Assembly: GCA_018396725.1 (NCBI GenBank)
Contig: JAGTRC010000005.1
Coordinates: forward strand, 15,149 to 79,148
From: Candidatus Bathyarchaeota archaeon
GTDB lineage: Archaea; Thermoproteota; Bathyarchaeia; 40CM-2-53-6; DTGE01
Direction of reading: 5' to 3'
Length of the DNA stretch: 64,000 nucleotides
Shown here: piece after piece, positions 19,583 to 29,490 of the stretch
Position numbering within the stretch: the stretch's first letter is position 1
Layout of the letters: every line of letters begins with the position of its first letter
Notes under the pieces: model-generated
The model's input: only the letters and a program-made list of their open reading frames with translations
Databases searched by the model: none
What the model was told of the DNA's origin: nothing
Translations under genes and position numbers: made by a program

Positions 19583-20224
19583 ATGCCTGTTAAGGTCATC
19601 CTATGCTACGGGGACTCCAACACCTGGGGATACGAGCCCGGAACCGGGAACCGTTACCCCCGAGATAAGACTTGGCCAGGCGTCCTGAGGAGGAACCTGG
19701 GCGAAGGTTACATCGTCATAGATGAAGGCTTGAACGGCAGGACCACCGTGTGGGATGATCCCACCCAGCTCTTCCCCGAGAAGAGGAACGGCCTGAAGTA
19801 TCTGATACCATGCCTGGAATCCCATATGCCCATAGACCTGGTGATATTCATGCTGGGGACCAACGACCTGAAGAAGCGTTTCTCCCTCTCCCCCGTGGAA
19901 GTGGCTAAGGGAATGAAAGCCTTGGTGGAGGCTGTGAGGGTGAGCGGGGCCGGCCCTGGAGGCGGCTCCCCTAGGATCCTGATAGTGGCCCCGCCTAGGA
20001 TAGGGCAACTATTCGAGTTTGCTGAGGAAATGGAAGAGGCTGAAGAGAAGTCTGGGAAGCTGCCCAGATGCTACAGGCTTGTAGCGGAGGAGATGGGATG
20101 CGAATTCCTAGACGCGTCTGAGGTAGCCTCGCCGAGCAAAATAGACGGGGTCCACCTGGACTTAGAAGGCCATCAAAGGCTAGGCGAAGCCTTAACCGCC
20201 CACGTGAAAAGGATACTCGAATAG
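19583..20224 (+). CDS. SGNH/GDSL hydrolase
   Basis: CYGDSNTWG, EGLNGRTT, MLGTND, DGVH. Confidence 0.95.
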   Translation: MPVKVILCYGDSNTWGYEPGTGNRYPRDKTWPGVLRRNLGEGYIVIDEGLNGRTTVWDDPTQLFPEKRNGLKYLIPCLESHMPIDLVIFMLGTNDLKKRFSLSPVEVAKGMKALVEAVRVSGAGPGGGSPRILIVAPPRIGQLFEFAEEMEEAEEKSGKLPRCYRLVAEEMGCEFLDASEVASPSKIDGVHLDLEGHQRLGEALTAHVKRILE

Positions 20225-20371
20225 CTCATATATTGGACTTGTTTCTCGGACAACCCTCCTCATCCTAGGGGTTTTCCCGCCTCATATATTCTATCACGCC
20301 CTCCACGATCTAATGCATCTTTGAAGTGGATGGGGCTGGAGGGATGGAGGCTCAACGGAGCCCTATAGGAA

Positions 20372-20695
20372 GTGGCTACCAGACCGATCGACCGGGGCGC
20401 CGCCACTAGCCATATATATCGTTACGGGAGCCTCCTCAGGCATCCCCTGGAGGTGGCGAAACCCGGTCTCGCCTCAAGATACAGGCAGACCTATTTATAT
20501 CTGGCATTTTTTGAGCTGAACATATCCTCATGGGACGGATACCTCATAGAACTGGTCAAAGAGCTCGGAATCCGTAGAATATACATAATAGACGATGAAC
20601 TAGCCGAGAAAGTCAGAGATGTAGAGGTTGAAAATCCTATCCCCAGAAATATTATGAAGGAATACCGCCGATATGTACAGGAAAAGATCATGTAG
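20372..20695 (+). pseudogene. C-terminal fragment of a PIN-domain protein
   Basis: ELNISSWDGYLI...IYIIDDEL...VENP; no PIN N-terminus. Confidence 0.6.
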
Positions 20696-20910
20696 GTCAT
20701 TAAATCCTTAATCTATTCAGAAACAATTAAAAAGATTTGGAACTTACCGGCTTAGATATTCAGAAATTTTGTTTCCCGCTGGCATTTTTCTATCAGGCAT
20801 CTAAACCTGCGTGCTACGCCGGCATTAATTTGATTCAATATCTTACGCTTTCCTGTTGCAGTATATTCGGCGGGACGATATCCCGGATTTACAGGGGCGA
20901 GGTTTAATTC

Positions 20911-21162
20911 TCATCTAGTTAATAATAGGAGGCTGTTGTAGGCTGTCTTGAGGCATAGGATTAGGTCGTCGAGGGTCGCCTGGAGGCTTTCAGGCCTATC
21001 CTCGGCTGCGGCCTCTATCCGGAGAATGGTCCCCCGGTTCACGGCTTCCACCCTTAACCCTTCGGGGGCAGCCTTGTTATCGGGCTCCAAGGCCCTGGAT
21101 AAGGCTTCGGCCAGCCTTTCATCCCCTAGGTCTAAGGTTATCTCCGCCTGGAACTCCGCCAT
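20911..21162 (-). CDS. pcc1: KEOPS subunit Pcc1
   Basis: RALEPDN, SLQATLDDL; conserved context. Confidence 0.88.
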   Translation of the reverse strand: MAEFQAEITLDLGDERLAEALSRALEPDNKAAPEGLRVEAVNRGTILRIEAAAEDRPESLQATLDDLILCLKTAYNSLLLLTR

Positions 21163-22595
21163 GGGGATGTCTCCTCCACGATCCTCCTGTTGAGCTCCTC
21201 CAGGTACTCCTCCAGTTTTTCAGGGGGTATCTGAGCCCCCGCCGCTATGTCGTGCCCCCCGCCTAGGCCCGAATACTCCTCGGATAACCCCGCGAACAAC
21301 CCGCCCAGCCTCACCCCCTTCGCCACGAGCTCCTCCGTGGCCCTAGCCGATATCTTCACCGAGCCGTCCCTAGCCCTGGCCGTCACTATCAGGGGTCTAT
21401 CCATGGTGAGGATGCTCGAAGCGGAGAGCATGGAGGCCACCGCGCCTACAAGGTTTTCATCTATGAAGTCCTCTCCCCTAACCAAATGGAAGCCTTCAAG
21501 CCTCTTTATCCTATCCGGGTTCTGGGCTATCCAGTCCATATGCCTCCCCAGGACCTGCCTGTACTCCCTGACCAGGTCTTCAAGCTCCCGGAGCATCTCC
21601 CCCCTCTCGCCGAGGCATACGGCTAATCCTAGGCCCGGCTTATCCATTCGCCCGCAGGCGTTTAGGGCCGAGGAGTATTCCCTGGCGTCCCTTAATATGC
21701 TGCCCTCCCCCTCCATGGTTAACGTGTATACTCCCCCCAGCAGCTCCTGGGCTAGGCTTCCCTGGAATCCGTGGACCGTTAGATACTCCACTATGCCTGA
21801 GATGAGCCTCCTCTTCTCCTCCATGGCGAGGGAGGCCACGGTCCTCCACCTCTCGCCTTCCCTTACAGGTATATCCACGGAGGAGAGCAGGGCTAGGCAT
21901 GCGTCCTCCCTCCCGGTTAGGCCTGGGAGGAAGGGCGTCGTCGTCGAGGCCAGGGCCTTATGGATCGGCCTGGTCTCCCTCCCGTAGAAGATGAGGTCCC
22001 TCTCCACCTTTAAGAGGCCGGCTTTAACCCCGTCCTCGACTATAAGCCTGTTGAGGCTTAGGAGCTCCCTCCCCTCGTTCCGATCCTGCATATCCCCTAG
22101 GGCGCCCACGACGGCTAACGGGGCTAGATCCATGTTCCTGGGATCCGCCCCCTTAACGGCTAGATAATTTACGCCTGAGCCGCTGATCTCCCTTCCCCCG
22201 TCGAACCCATAATCCATGGGGTTCAAGTGGGTTATCCCATGTCCGGCTTCAGCCCCCGCTGGAGGGTGGTGATCCAATATGAATATGGGTTCGTCCAGGG
22301 CCGCTGTAAGGCTCAGATATCCGCTTCCAATCTCCGAGAATACGGTGACGTCCCTCTCGATGGGCTTCATGGATTTAAGGGTGGCCTCGTCCAGTTGTTT
22401 AGCGACCCTCACGTGGATGGAGGCCCCCCATCTCAGGAGGGCCTTAGCCATTATAGCCCCTGCGGCGAGGCCGTCGGCGTCGAAGTGGGATACCACTAGG
22501 AACCTTAAGCCTTCCCTCGCCCCATCCCTTATCTGGGATCCAACCCTCTCAGCCTCTGAGAGGAAGCCCTCCAGGTCACCCTTCTCCCCGGGCAT
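21138..22595 (-). CDS. DHH-family phosphoesterase (RecJ/Cdc45-like)
   Basis: SHFDADG, LDHH, GALGDMQ, GGGHDIAAGA; follows rps15. Confidence 0.93.
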   Translation of the reverse strand: MPGEKGDLEGFLSEAERVGSQIRDGAREGLRFLVVSHFDADGLAAGAIMAKALLRWGASIHVRVAKQLDEATLKSMKPIERDVTVFSEIGSGYLSLTAALDEPIFILDHHPPAGAEAGHGITHLNPMDYGFDGGREISGSGVNYLAVKGADPRNMDLAPLAVVGALGDMQDRNEGRELLSLNRLIVEDGVKAGLLKVERDLIFYGRETRPIHKALASTTTPFLPGLTGREDACLALLSSVDIPVREGERWRTVASLAMEEKRRLISGIVEYLTVHGFQGSLAQELLGGVYTLTMEGEGSILRDAREYSSALNACGRMDKPGLGLAVCLGERGEMLRELEDLVREYRQVLGRHMDWIAQNPDRIKRLEGFHLVRGEDFIDENLVGAVASMLSASSILTMDRPLIVTARARDGSVKISARATEELVAKGVRLGGLFAGLSEEYSGLGGGHDIAAGAQIPPEKLEEYLEELNRRIVEETSPWRSSRRR

Positions 22596-22596
22596 A

Positions 22597-23046
22597 TCAA
22601 GCCACTGCGGCTACAGCCGTCTTGTATCTCCAGTCCTGGGGGAGCACCCCAGCCCGTTTATAATACTTGGATAAGTTATGGATCTTCGACTCTATAAGGG
22701 CTAGGCTCCTCTTATTATGATAGTCCTTCCTGTTCCTCTCCAAGTGTCTTTTAAGCCTCTCCGCCTTAGCCATGAGCCTCTGCAGGTCCTCCGGGAGGGG
22801 AGGCTTCAAGCCGGCCTCCTCCAGGATCCTGCCCACCTTCTTACCCGTTATAGGTTTGACCAGGGGTATCCCATACTGGTCTCGGAGCATAACCCCTATC
22901 ATGCTGGGAGGGGCGCCCTCCTTGGCCAGCTTCACGACTAGGCTTTCAACCTCCTCAGGCGTATACTTGCACCATGGGGGCGGCCTCTTACTCACGGGCC
23001 TCGTGGAGCCCGAGCTCCCCCTCTTCCTGGTGTACATCCTAGCCAA
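22597..23046 (-). CDS. rps15: 30S ribosomal protein uS15 (S15p/S13e)
   Basis: [34 protein letters not shown]. Confidence 0.97.
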   Translation of the reverse strand: MARMYTRKRGSSGSTRPVSKRPPPWCKYTPEEVESLVVKLAKEGAPPSMIGVMLRDQYGIPLVKPITGKKVGRILEEAGLKPPLPEDLQRLMAKAERLKRHLERNRKDYHNKRSLALIESKIHNLSKYYKRAGVLPQDWRYKTAVAAVA

Positions 23047-23195
23047 TCCAGGGTTTCCCCTCCACCCTCTACATCCGATCTTTAACCATCATCCATATAT
23101 ACGATAGGCCTAAACCCTCTAGGGGATCCCGCGCATCGGATCCCTCGTCCGTCAAGGGTTTCAAGTCTACTCCCCATTATTTAAGTTTTAACCGT

Positions 23196-23789
23196 TTAAA
23201 CGGGGCTGGAGGTGATCCATTCCCCGAAGCTCCTCAGGGCCCTACCCCTATGGGAGATCCTGTTCTTCTCCTCCAAGGTCATCTCGGCGAAGGTTCTGCC
23301 GTCCCCCTCCTCGGGTATGAATATGGGGTCGAACCCGAAGCCCCCCGTGCCCCTCGCATCAAGGGATATCCTGCCCCAGACCACCCCCCTGAAACATTTA
23401 ACCATCCCTTTTGGTTCAGCGTAGGCCACGACGGATTCGAAGAAGCCCCTCCTATCCTCCACGCCCTCGAGGAGCTTAAGCACCCCCCTCAACCCTATAC
23501 TCCTATAGATGTAGGAGGAGTAGGGCCCGGGGAACCCGTTCAAGGCTGGGATGTGGAGGCCTGAATCCTCCACGGCCACGGGGTATCCAAGCCTCCCCGC
23601 CAAGTCTAGGGCCGCGTACTCCGCTATCCTTGAGATGTCGTCGCTCTGTATCTCCACTTTCTCAGCCTCCACCGCCTCCACCTCGAGGTTATACTCCCCC
23701 AACAGGATGCTTATCTCCCTGAGCTTCCCCTTGTTCGTGGTGGCGAACCTTATCCGAGACCCCTTAAACGGCGAGGCCCTCACCCCCAC
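23196..23789 (-). CDS. rdgB: RdgB/HAM1 non-canonical purine NTP pyrophosphatase
   Basis: ATTNKGK, EDSGL, GFPGPYS, GFGFDPIF, ISHRGRAL. Confidence 0.96.
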   Translation of the reverse strand: MGVRASPFKGSRIRFATTNKGKLREISILLGEYNLEVEAVEAEKVEIQSDDISRIAEYAALDLAGRLGYPVAVEDSGLHIPALNGFPGPYSSYIYRSIGLRGVLKLLEGVEDRRGFFESVVAYAEPKGMVKCFRGVVWGRISLDARGTGGFGFDPIFIPEEGDGRTFAEMTLEEKNRISHRGRALRSFGEWITSSPV

Positions 23790-23860
23790 GTCATCCTCCT
23801 CATCCGATCCAACCCGATGCTCCCTGCGGCCATCGAACCCCCGATCCGCCCCCTTATATT

Positions 23861-24532
23861 CTATGGGGATGGTCTTAAAGCGTATCTACCCCTTCGCCCT
23901 ATCTCCTCCACTTTCTCTAGAACCTTCGATGCGTAGTCCTCCCCTAAGACTTCGCTGTATCCCGAGACGACTTGGGAGTAGCATTCCCCGGCGACCCTGA
24001 AATGGGTGCTGTTCAAAGCCCTCTTGAGGAGGTGTAGATCCACCCCCCTATCCTCGAGCTCCGAGGAGAAGTAGCTTAGCCCGAAGTCTATTAGGAAGAG
24101 CATCCCTCGCCGGGCGGTATCCAGGTATCGGCCGGCGGGCTTCGCCTCTATCAGGTTCGAGGTGGTTAGGTCTCCGTGGATGATGTTCCTCGTATGGAGC
24201 TTCGCTATGAGCCGTCCTATCCTGAGGGAGAGGCTCCTCACCTCCTCATCGTCCATGGATTCCAGGAGCTCCTTCACCCTGTCCCCCTGGATGTACTCCA
24301 TGACTATGGTGAAGCGGTCCCTGTCCACCTCGTAGACCGTGGGGGTTGGAACCCCCGCCTTCCTGGCTTCATGGATCATCTGGGCTTCATGGATGGTTCG
24401 ATATCTCCGAATCCTAAGGTCCAGGCTTCTATGCCTGTACTTCTTCCTCACCCTCCTCTTCACTATGGCTTGGAGGCCATGCCAGTTGTGCAGGTAGAGG
24501 TCGGCCTCGGCTCCCTTCCTTATCAGCCTCAA
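23861..24532 (-). CDS. bud32: KEOPS kinase Bud32
   Basis: KGAEA, HGDLTTSN, IDFGL, RRGRY. Confidence 0.95.
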   Translation of the reverse strand: MRLIRKGAEADLYLHNWHGLQAIVKRRVRKKYRHRSLDLRIRRYRTIHEAQMIHEARKAGVPTPTVYEVDRDRFTIVMEYIQGDRVKELLESMDDEEVRSLSLRIGRLIAKLHTRNIIHGDLTTSNLIEAKPAGRYLDTARRGMLFLIDFGLSYFSSELEDRGVDLHLLKRALNSTHFRVAGECYSQVVSGYSEVLGEDYASKVLEKVEEIGRRGRYALRPSP

Positions 24533-24539
24533 TCCATCT

Positions 24540-25535
24540 TCACCTCCAGGGCACCTCCACCTCGTCGAGCCTCCACCTCGACTTTATATGGCTCTCCTCC
24601 AGGGGCACGGTTAAACCCGCCTTGTAGGCGAGGATTCCAGCCCAGGCTATCTGGGCTCCGCAGTCCGAGCTGTACCTCTCGTCGACGACGTGGAACCTCG
24701 CCTCATGCTCCTCAGCTATGGATCTAAGCATCCCTTGAAGCCTCCTATTTGCCGCGACTCCACCCGTTAGGAGGAGCTCCCCCTTCCCCACATGGGCTAG
24801 ACACCTCTCCGAGGCCTCCGTGAGCATGGCGAAGGCGACCTCCTGCAGGCTGAAGCAGAGGTCGTGCAGCCTCTCCCCTTCCCTATATTTCTGGATGGCC
24901 GCGGTGAGCAGGCCCGAGTAAACCACGTCGTTGCCTTTAACCGTGTAGGGGAGGTCTATCAGCCTCCGCCCCTTCTCAGCCGCCCTCTCCACGGATACCC
25001 CTCCGGGAGGGGGGAGGCCCACCTCCCTGGCGAACATGTCCAGGAGGTTCCCGAGGGTTATATCCTCGGTCTCCCCGAATACACGCCACTTCCCCCCGGC
25101 GAAGGCTGCGAGGGCCGTGTGGCCCCCCGAGACCAGGACGACCAGGGGATCCCTTGCGCCCGTGGTCAGGGCTCCTATCTCTATATGGCCTATGGCGTGG
25201 TGGACGGGGATGAGGGGCTTACCGTAGAAGGCTGCGAGGCTCCTCGCCAAGGTGGCTCCAACCCTTAAAGGTGGGCCCAGCCCGGGGCCCCTGGAATAGG
25301 CGATCGCATCCACCCGGTCCATCCCTAAACCCGCCTTCTCCAGGGCATCCCGTAGAACCCTAGGGGCGCACCTCCCATGGTGTTCGGCGGCCTCCCTGGG
25401 ATGGATCCCCCTCCCCAAAGGGGGGACGTAGACGTCCCTCACATCCGATAGGATGTTGCCCGCCTCATCCGCTAAGGCCACCCCGAATGTGTGGGCGGTG
25501 CTCTCGACCCCTAGACAGACCAGCCTGCCCTCCAT
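24540..25535 (-). CDS. kae1: tRNA N6-threonylcarbamoyltransferase Kae1
   Basis: GVESTAHT, GIHPREAAEHH, HHAIGHIE, VSGGHT, GGVAAN; ATG at 25535 chosen as start. Confidence 0.96.
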   Translation of the reverse strand: MEGRLVCLGVESTAHTFGVALADEAGNILSDVRDVYVPPLGRGIHPREAAEHHGRCAPRVLRDALEKAGLGMDRVDAIAYSRGPGLGPPLRVGATLARSLAAFYGKPLIPVHHAIGHIEIGALTTGARDPLVVLVSGGHTALAAFAGGKWRVFGETEDITLGNLLDMFAREVGLPPPGGVSVERAAEKGRRLIDLPYTVKGNDVVYSGLLTAAIQKYREGERLHDLCFSLQEVAFAMLTEASERCLAHVGKGELLLTGGVAANRRLQGMLRSIAEEHEARFHVVDERYSSDCGAQIAWAGILAYKAGLTVPLEESHIKSRWRLDEVEVPWR

Positions 25536-25660
25536 CAAACAGTTAATTCCCCCGGCCGATAAGGATTCAAACCTGTCCCCTGGAAAAACCTTACGCCGAC
25601 TCCCTTCACCCTTATCCCTCATCGATGGAGAGGCCTAGGATCCTATCCTGGGTTGTCAAC

Positions 25661-26488
25661 TCACCTTAGCCGTCTCAGAACCATGAGTATTATATACATT
25701 CCGGACGGGATAGCGGCTATCGTCCCGCTGGCCGGCAGGTTGAAGGCTGAGGCCGCCGCTAAGCCTGTGAGGCCTGAGGAGAGGGCTATGATTAAGGTTA
25801 GGATTAGATGGTCCCTAACCCTGTTGGTGAGCTCCCGGGCCGAGGCTGCGGGGGCTATCATGAAGGCGTAGACCAGCAGGGCCCCCATGGACTTCGCCGC
25901 CACGACGCCGGCCATCCCGGCGAGGGCGAAGAGGAGGTAATCGTAGAGCCCCACGTTTAAGCCCAGGGCTTCAGCCCCGTCCATGTCGAAGCATATATAG
26001 ATCAGCTCGTTGTAGAACAGGAGCGTGAAGGCTAGGGTTAAAATTGTCGCCGCCAGGAGCTGCATTATATCCCTGGATGATAGGAGTAGCACGTCGCCGA
26101 TCAAGTATCCATCCATAACCGCCTTCAACTCCCCGGGGACGAGCCCCCTGACGAAGGCGTATATCGCCATCGCGGCCGCCAGGGATCCCCCTATAGCGGC
26201 CCCCATCACCTCCGCTCCCCCCCTCCTCCCAGCGTACTCCGTGGCGAGGGCTGTGGCCACGCTGAAAAGGGCGGCTACGAGGAAGGGATCCACCCAGGAG
26301 GCCGCGTAGGCGGATAAGTATACGCCTACGGCTGCGCCCCCCAACGCCGAATGCGAGGCTTCAGCCGGTAGGTATGCAATTCCCCTCAGCAGGGTGAGGG
26401 CCCCCAGCATCGACGTCAAACTGGCTAGGAACACGCCTACCACAGCCCTCAACATGAAGGGGTTCAAGGCTTCAAGCATGGACGTCAC
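25661..26488 (-). CDS. Zn/Mn ABC transporter permease (ZnuB-like)
   Basis: SHSALGG, GDVLL, FDMDGAEALG, multiple TM segments. Confidence 0.92.
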   Translation of the reverse strand: MTSMLEALNPFMLRAVVGVFLASLTSMLGALTLLRGIAYLPAEASHSALGGAAVGVYLSAYAASWVDPFLVAALFSVATALATEYAGRRGGAEVMGAAIGGSLAAAMAIYAFVRGLVPGELKAVMDGYLIGDVLLLSSRDIMQLLAATILTLAFTLLFYNELIYICFDMDGAEALGLNVGLYDYLLFALAGMAGVVAAKSMGALLVYAFMIAPAASARELTNRVRDHLILTLIIALSSGLTGLAAASAFNLPASGTIAAIPSGMYIILMVLRRLR

Positions 26489-27269
26489 CTGTGATCGCGA
26501 AGCAGGCCTCCCCCGCCCTGACCAGCCTCACACCCCCACCGTAAAGCTGGTTCAAAGACTCCTCCGTGAGGACCTCCCTTAGGGGGCCATAGGATATAAC
26601 CCTCCCGTTCAGGAGGATGGCCTTATCCGCAGCCTCGGATAACGGGTTGACGTCGTGGGTCACCAGGTATACGTCTAAACCCATCCTGTGCCTCAGATCC
26701 CTCAGGAACTCTATTATAGCCGCCTGGGTTTTAACGTCTATCCCGCTGAAGGGTTCATCTAATAGGAGCATCCTAGGCCTATTAGCTATGCACCTCGCCA
26801 GGAGTATCCTCTGCTGCTGCCCCCCACTCAGCTCCGAGAACCTTTTATCCCAGAGATCCTCCAATCCCACCGTCTCCAGCGCCCTCCAAGCCTCCTCGTA
26901 ATCCCTCGGGGATGGGATCCTGGGAGGCCTCCTCCTAGCCATCAACCCCATCAACACTACATCCTTCACGGGTAAAGGTATGCTCCTCACTATCCTATCC
27001 CTCTGGGGTAGGAAGCCTATAATCCTCTTCACGGAGGCCTTATCCCTGCTGGGATCCAGGCCTAACACCCTTATCCTCCCGGAGTAGGGGGCCACCATGC
27101 CCGCCATGGCCTTCAGGAGGGTGGTCTTGCCCGCGCCGTTGGGGCCTATGATGACCGTGAAGGTGGGATGCTCCACCTTCAAGTTCGCATTCCTTAAGAC
27201 GAACGTCTCTCCAAGCCTTACCGTTAACTCCTCCGCCTCCAACGAGTACTCCATAGCCTGCCCCTCCAT
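26472..27269 (-). CDS. Zn/Mn ABC transporter ATPase (ZnuC-like)
   Basis: GPNGAGKTT, LSGGQQQR, LDEPF, VTHD. Confidence 0.93.
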   Translation of the reverse strand: MEGQAMEYSLEAEELTVRLGETFVLRNANLKVEHPTFTVIIGPNGAGKTTLLKAMAGMVAPYSGRIRVLGLDPSRDKASVKRIIGFLPQRDRIVRSIPLPVKDVVLMGLMARRRPPRIPSPRDYEEAWRALETVGLEDLWDKRFSELSGGQQQRILLARCIANRPRMLLLDEPFSGIDVKTQAAIIEFLRDLRHRMGLDVYLVTHDVNPLSEAADKAILLNGRVISYGPLREVLTEESLNQLYGGGVRLVRAGEACFAITGDVHA

Positions 27270-28303
27270 ATGATCAGGGCTTCAACCAACGCTAATACCC
27301 CGGCTGTTGAGGCTATTACGGGCCATAGGATTCCTCCATTGGCTGAGCCTCCCCTAGGGTTCGCGGGGCGTATCCCTGAGATCCGGCCTGCGTTATAAGC
27401 CATCAACGCGAAGTAGTCCGGGAAGGATTCGAAGCTCAGGATCCTCACCGTGGCTATTGGAGCGCCGGTCTCGGAGCTCAGCTCCTCGAACGAGGCGTAT
27501 ATGGGGAGCATAGCGGCCACATCAGAGACCAGTATCATCGCGTACCTGCCTTCGGCCAGCCCCTCGTAGGCTTCGGAGAGAGCTGTGGGCCTGGCTTCAC
27601 CCTCCTCCCCTCCCAGGACCACCGCCGTCTCCAAGTATAAGGCTGCAGCCACGTATTGTTCAGCGGGGGATCCGGCTACGATCCGTTTCCCGGAGAGGCC
27701 GTGGGCCTCCGAGACCCCCCTGAGCATATTCTTCAGGAGCTCAACCCTATTGGAGAAGGCCATGGAGTTCCTGAGGTAATCCCCGGCGTTTTCAGGATCT
27801 ATGAGGGAGAGCTTCGACGCCACGGCCTCCACTATGACTTTAGCGTTGTCCGGGTGAAGCCAGAATCCATGCAGGTTCACCCCTCCCCCGCCACCTCTTC
27901 CCGAGGGCAGCTCCAGGAGGATCAGGCTGCCCCTCAGATCCTTCAGGAGGCTTAACCCCACCTCCCCTACGGTCCTCCCCCTCCTCTCAGCCACCTCCTC
28001 CAGGAGTTTATCCTCCCATCCGATGTGGCCTGTGACCACGACCAGGGAGGCCTGGGAGGCGCTCATCACCGCCTCAGGGGTTATTGAGAACTCGTGGGGG
28101 TCCATGCCCTGGGGGACGAGCTCCACCGTTAAGACGTGGCTTCCCCCCGCCGCAGCCACCAGTAGTGATAGGCTCCCGATGCTCACCGCTACTTTTACAG
28201 TTCCCTCCTGGGGTTCGGCGTTGGCCATGCATCTTATGGGGGCTGCCTGTAGGAGAGCTAACGCGAGTATTAGGGATGCGCAGCCTTCCCTCCGCCAGTT
28301 CAA
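27224..28303 (-). CDS. Metal ABC transporter substrate-binding protein (ZnuA/TroA-like)
   Basis: Signal peptide, DPHEF, NLHGFW, C-terminal TM anchor. Confidence 0.9.
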   Translation of the reverse strand: MNWRREGCASLILALALLQAAPIRCMANAEPQEGTVKVAVSIGSLSLLVAAAGGSHVLTVELVPQGMDPHEFSITPEAVMSASQASLVVVTGHIGWEDKLLEEVAERRGRTVGEVGLSLLKDLRGSLILLELPSGRGGGGGVNLHGFWLHPDNAKVIVEAVASKLSLIDPENAGDYLRNSMAFSNRVELLKNMLRGVSEAHGLSGKRIVAGSPAEQYVAAALYLETAVVLGGEEGEARPTALSEAYEGLAEGRYAMILVSDVAAMLPIYASFEELSSETGAPIATVRILSFESFPDYFALMAYNAGRISGIRPANPRGGSANGGILWPVIASTAGVLALVEALIIWRGRLWSTRWRRRS

Positions 28304-28336
28304 CCTTTTATCCCTCCTCTTTCAGGATGTGCAGGT

Positions 28337-28750
28337 CTAGGCTGGGGAGGGTATGGGTTTCTCGTGGGGGCATGATCCTGGGCAGCCCAGCTTCAAGTAC
28401 ATCGCCTCAGCTATCCTTCCCGATAATGCATGATCTATTTTAGCCGCTTCCCTGCAGGCCTCCTCCGGGGGGATCTCGAACACCGATTCCAGGTACTTCT
28501 CGTAGATCCTGTGCCGTCTAACTATCGTGGAGGCCGCCTTTAAACCCTCCTCGGTGAGGGTTATCCCCCTCCTCTTCATGTGGTTGACTAAACCTTTCTC
28601 CGAGAGGTTGGCTATCATATCCACCGCTGTTGGGGGTTTCACGTGGAGCCTCTTAGCCATGGATACGCTTGTAACCTTTGATGCCTTCTCAATGGATTCC
28701 TCGTATAGGAATCTCAGGTACTCCGCTTCCCTGGGGGTGAGCTCTACCAT
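28337..28750 (-). CDS. DtxR/MntR-family metal-dependent repressor
   Basis: EYLRFLY, VKPPTA, RRHRIYEKYL, IDHAL, CPHEKPIP; ATG at 28750. Confidence 0.93.
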   Translation of the reverse strand: MVELTPREAEYLRFLYEESIEKASKVTSVSMAKRLHVKPPTAVDMIANLSEKGLVNHMKRRGITLTEEGLKAASTIVRRHRIYEKYLESVFEIPPEEACREAAKIDHALSGRIAEAMYLKLGCPGSCPHEKPIPSPA

Positions 28751-28754
28751 GAGG

Positions 28755-28777
28755 AAATTTAGGGGAAGCCTAAATTT
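28755..28777. promoter_or_regulatory. DtxR-type operator overlapping the promoter
   Basis: Perfect inverted repeat AAATTTAGG-GGAAG-CCTAAATTT, 5 nt upstream of the repressor ATG; resembles TTAGG..CCTAA DtxR boxes. Confidence 0.8.
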
Positions 28778-28923
28778 AAGGCTTTCTATGAGGGATCTAT
28801 GCCCTTTGAAACCCTCCTTTACATCAAAATTTTGAATAATATTTAATAGCAACCCCTGCCATATAAGTATTAAAAATGAATCCTTGAGGCGGCCGCCTCA
28901 AGAGGAGCATGAAATAGAGGAAG

Positions 28924-29490
28924 GTGAAGAGGTGTCGAACTATGGCGAGGCAGCCGGACCCCGCCGTGGAGGAGCTGGACAGGCGTATAGTAGCCCTCAG
29001 GGATAAGGGCCTAAGCTACAGGGAGATAGCCGAGCAGCTGGGAATCCCCGTAAGCAGGTGCAGGCTAGCGGCTAGAAGGGACCACTACCGGAAATACCTC
29101 AGGGAGTACCTCAAGGAGTACAGGAGGAGACACCCAGAATTCTATGAGCGGCTGAAGAGGATGGTGACAGAGAGGTGTAGGCTGAGGCTCCGCACCGACC
29201 CCGAGTTCCGATCCAAGAGGAACAGATACGCGAGGGAGTACAGGAGCTCAATATTCGGGGACAAGGAGCTTCAAAGCCCCTCAGACATCCTGAAGGCCTT
29301 CAAGCATATAGGAGAGGTAATATCCACCAGGACCATGGTCAAGAGGCTTGGAAACCCCACTTACCACCACTTCTACTCCAGGCTCAAGGCGGCGGTGAAG
29401 CAAGGCCTAGTCGAGAGGGTCTCATGGGGCCTCTATAGAGCCAAGGCCCTCGGGAAAGGAGCGAACAGCCAGGCGATCCCCGCAAGCTGA
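28924..29490 (+). CDS. Hypothetical basic DNA-binding protein (N-terminal HTH, C-terminal wHTH-like)
   Basis: GLSYREIAEQLGIP; REY-rich centre; QGLVERVSWGLY. Confidence 0.7.
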   Translation: MKRCRTMARQPDPAVEELDRRIVALRDKGLSYREIAEQLGIPVSRCRLAARRDHYRKYLREYLKEYRRRHPEFYERLKRMVTERCRLRLRTDPEFRSKRNRYAREYRSSIFGDKELQSPSDILKAFKHIGEVISTRTMVKRLGNPTYHHFYSRLKAAVKQGLVERVSWGLYRAKALGKGANSQAIPAS

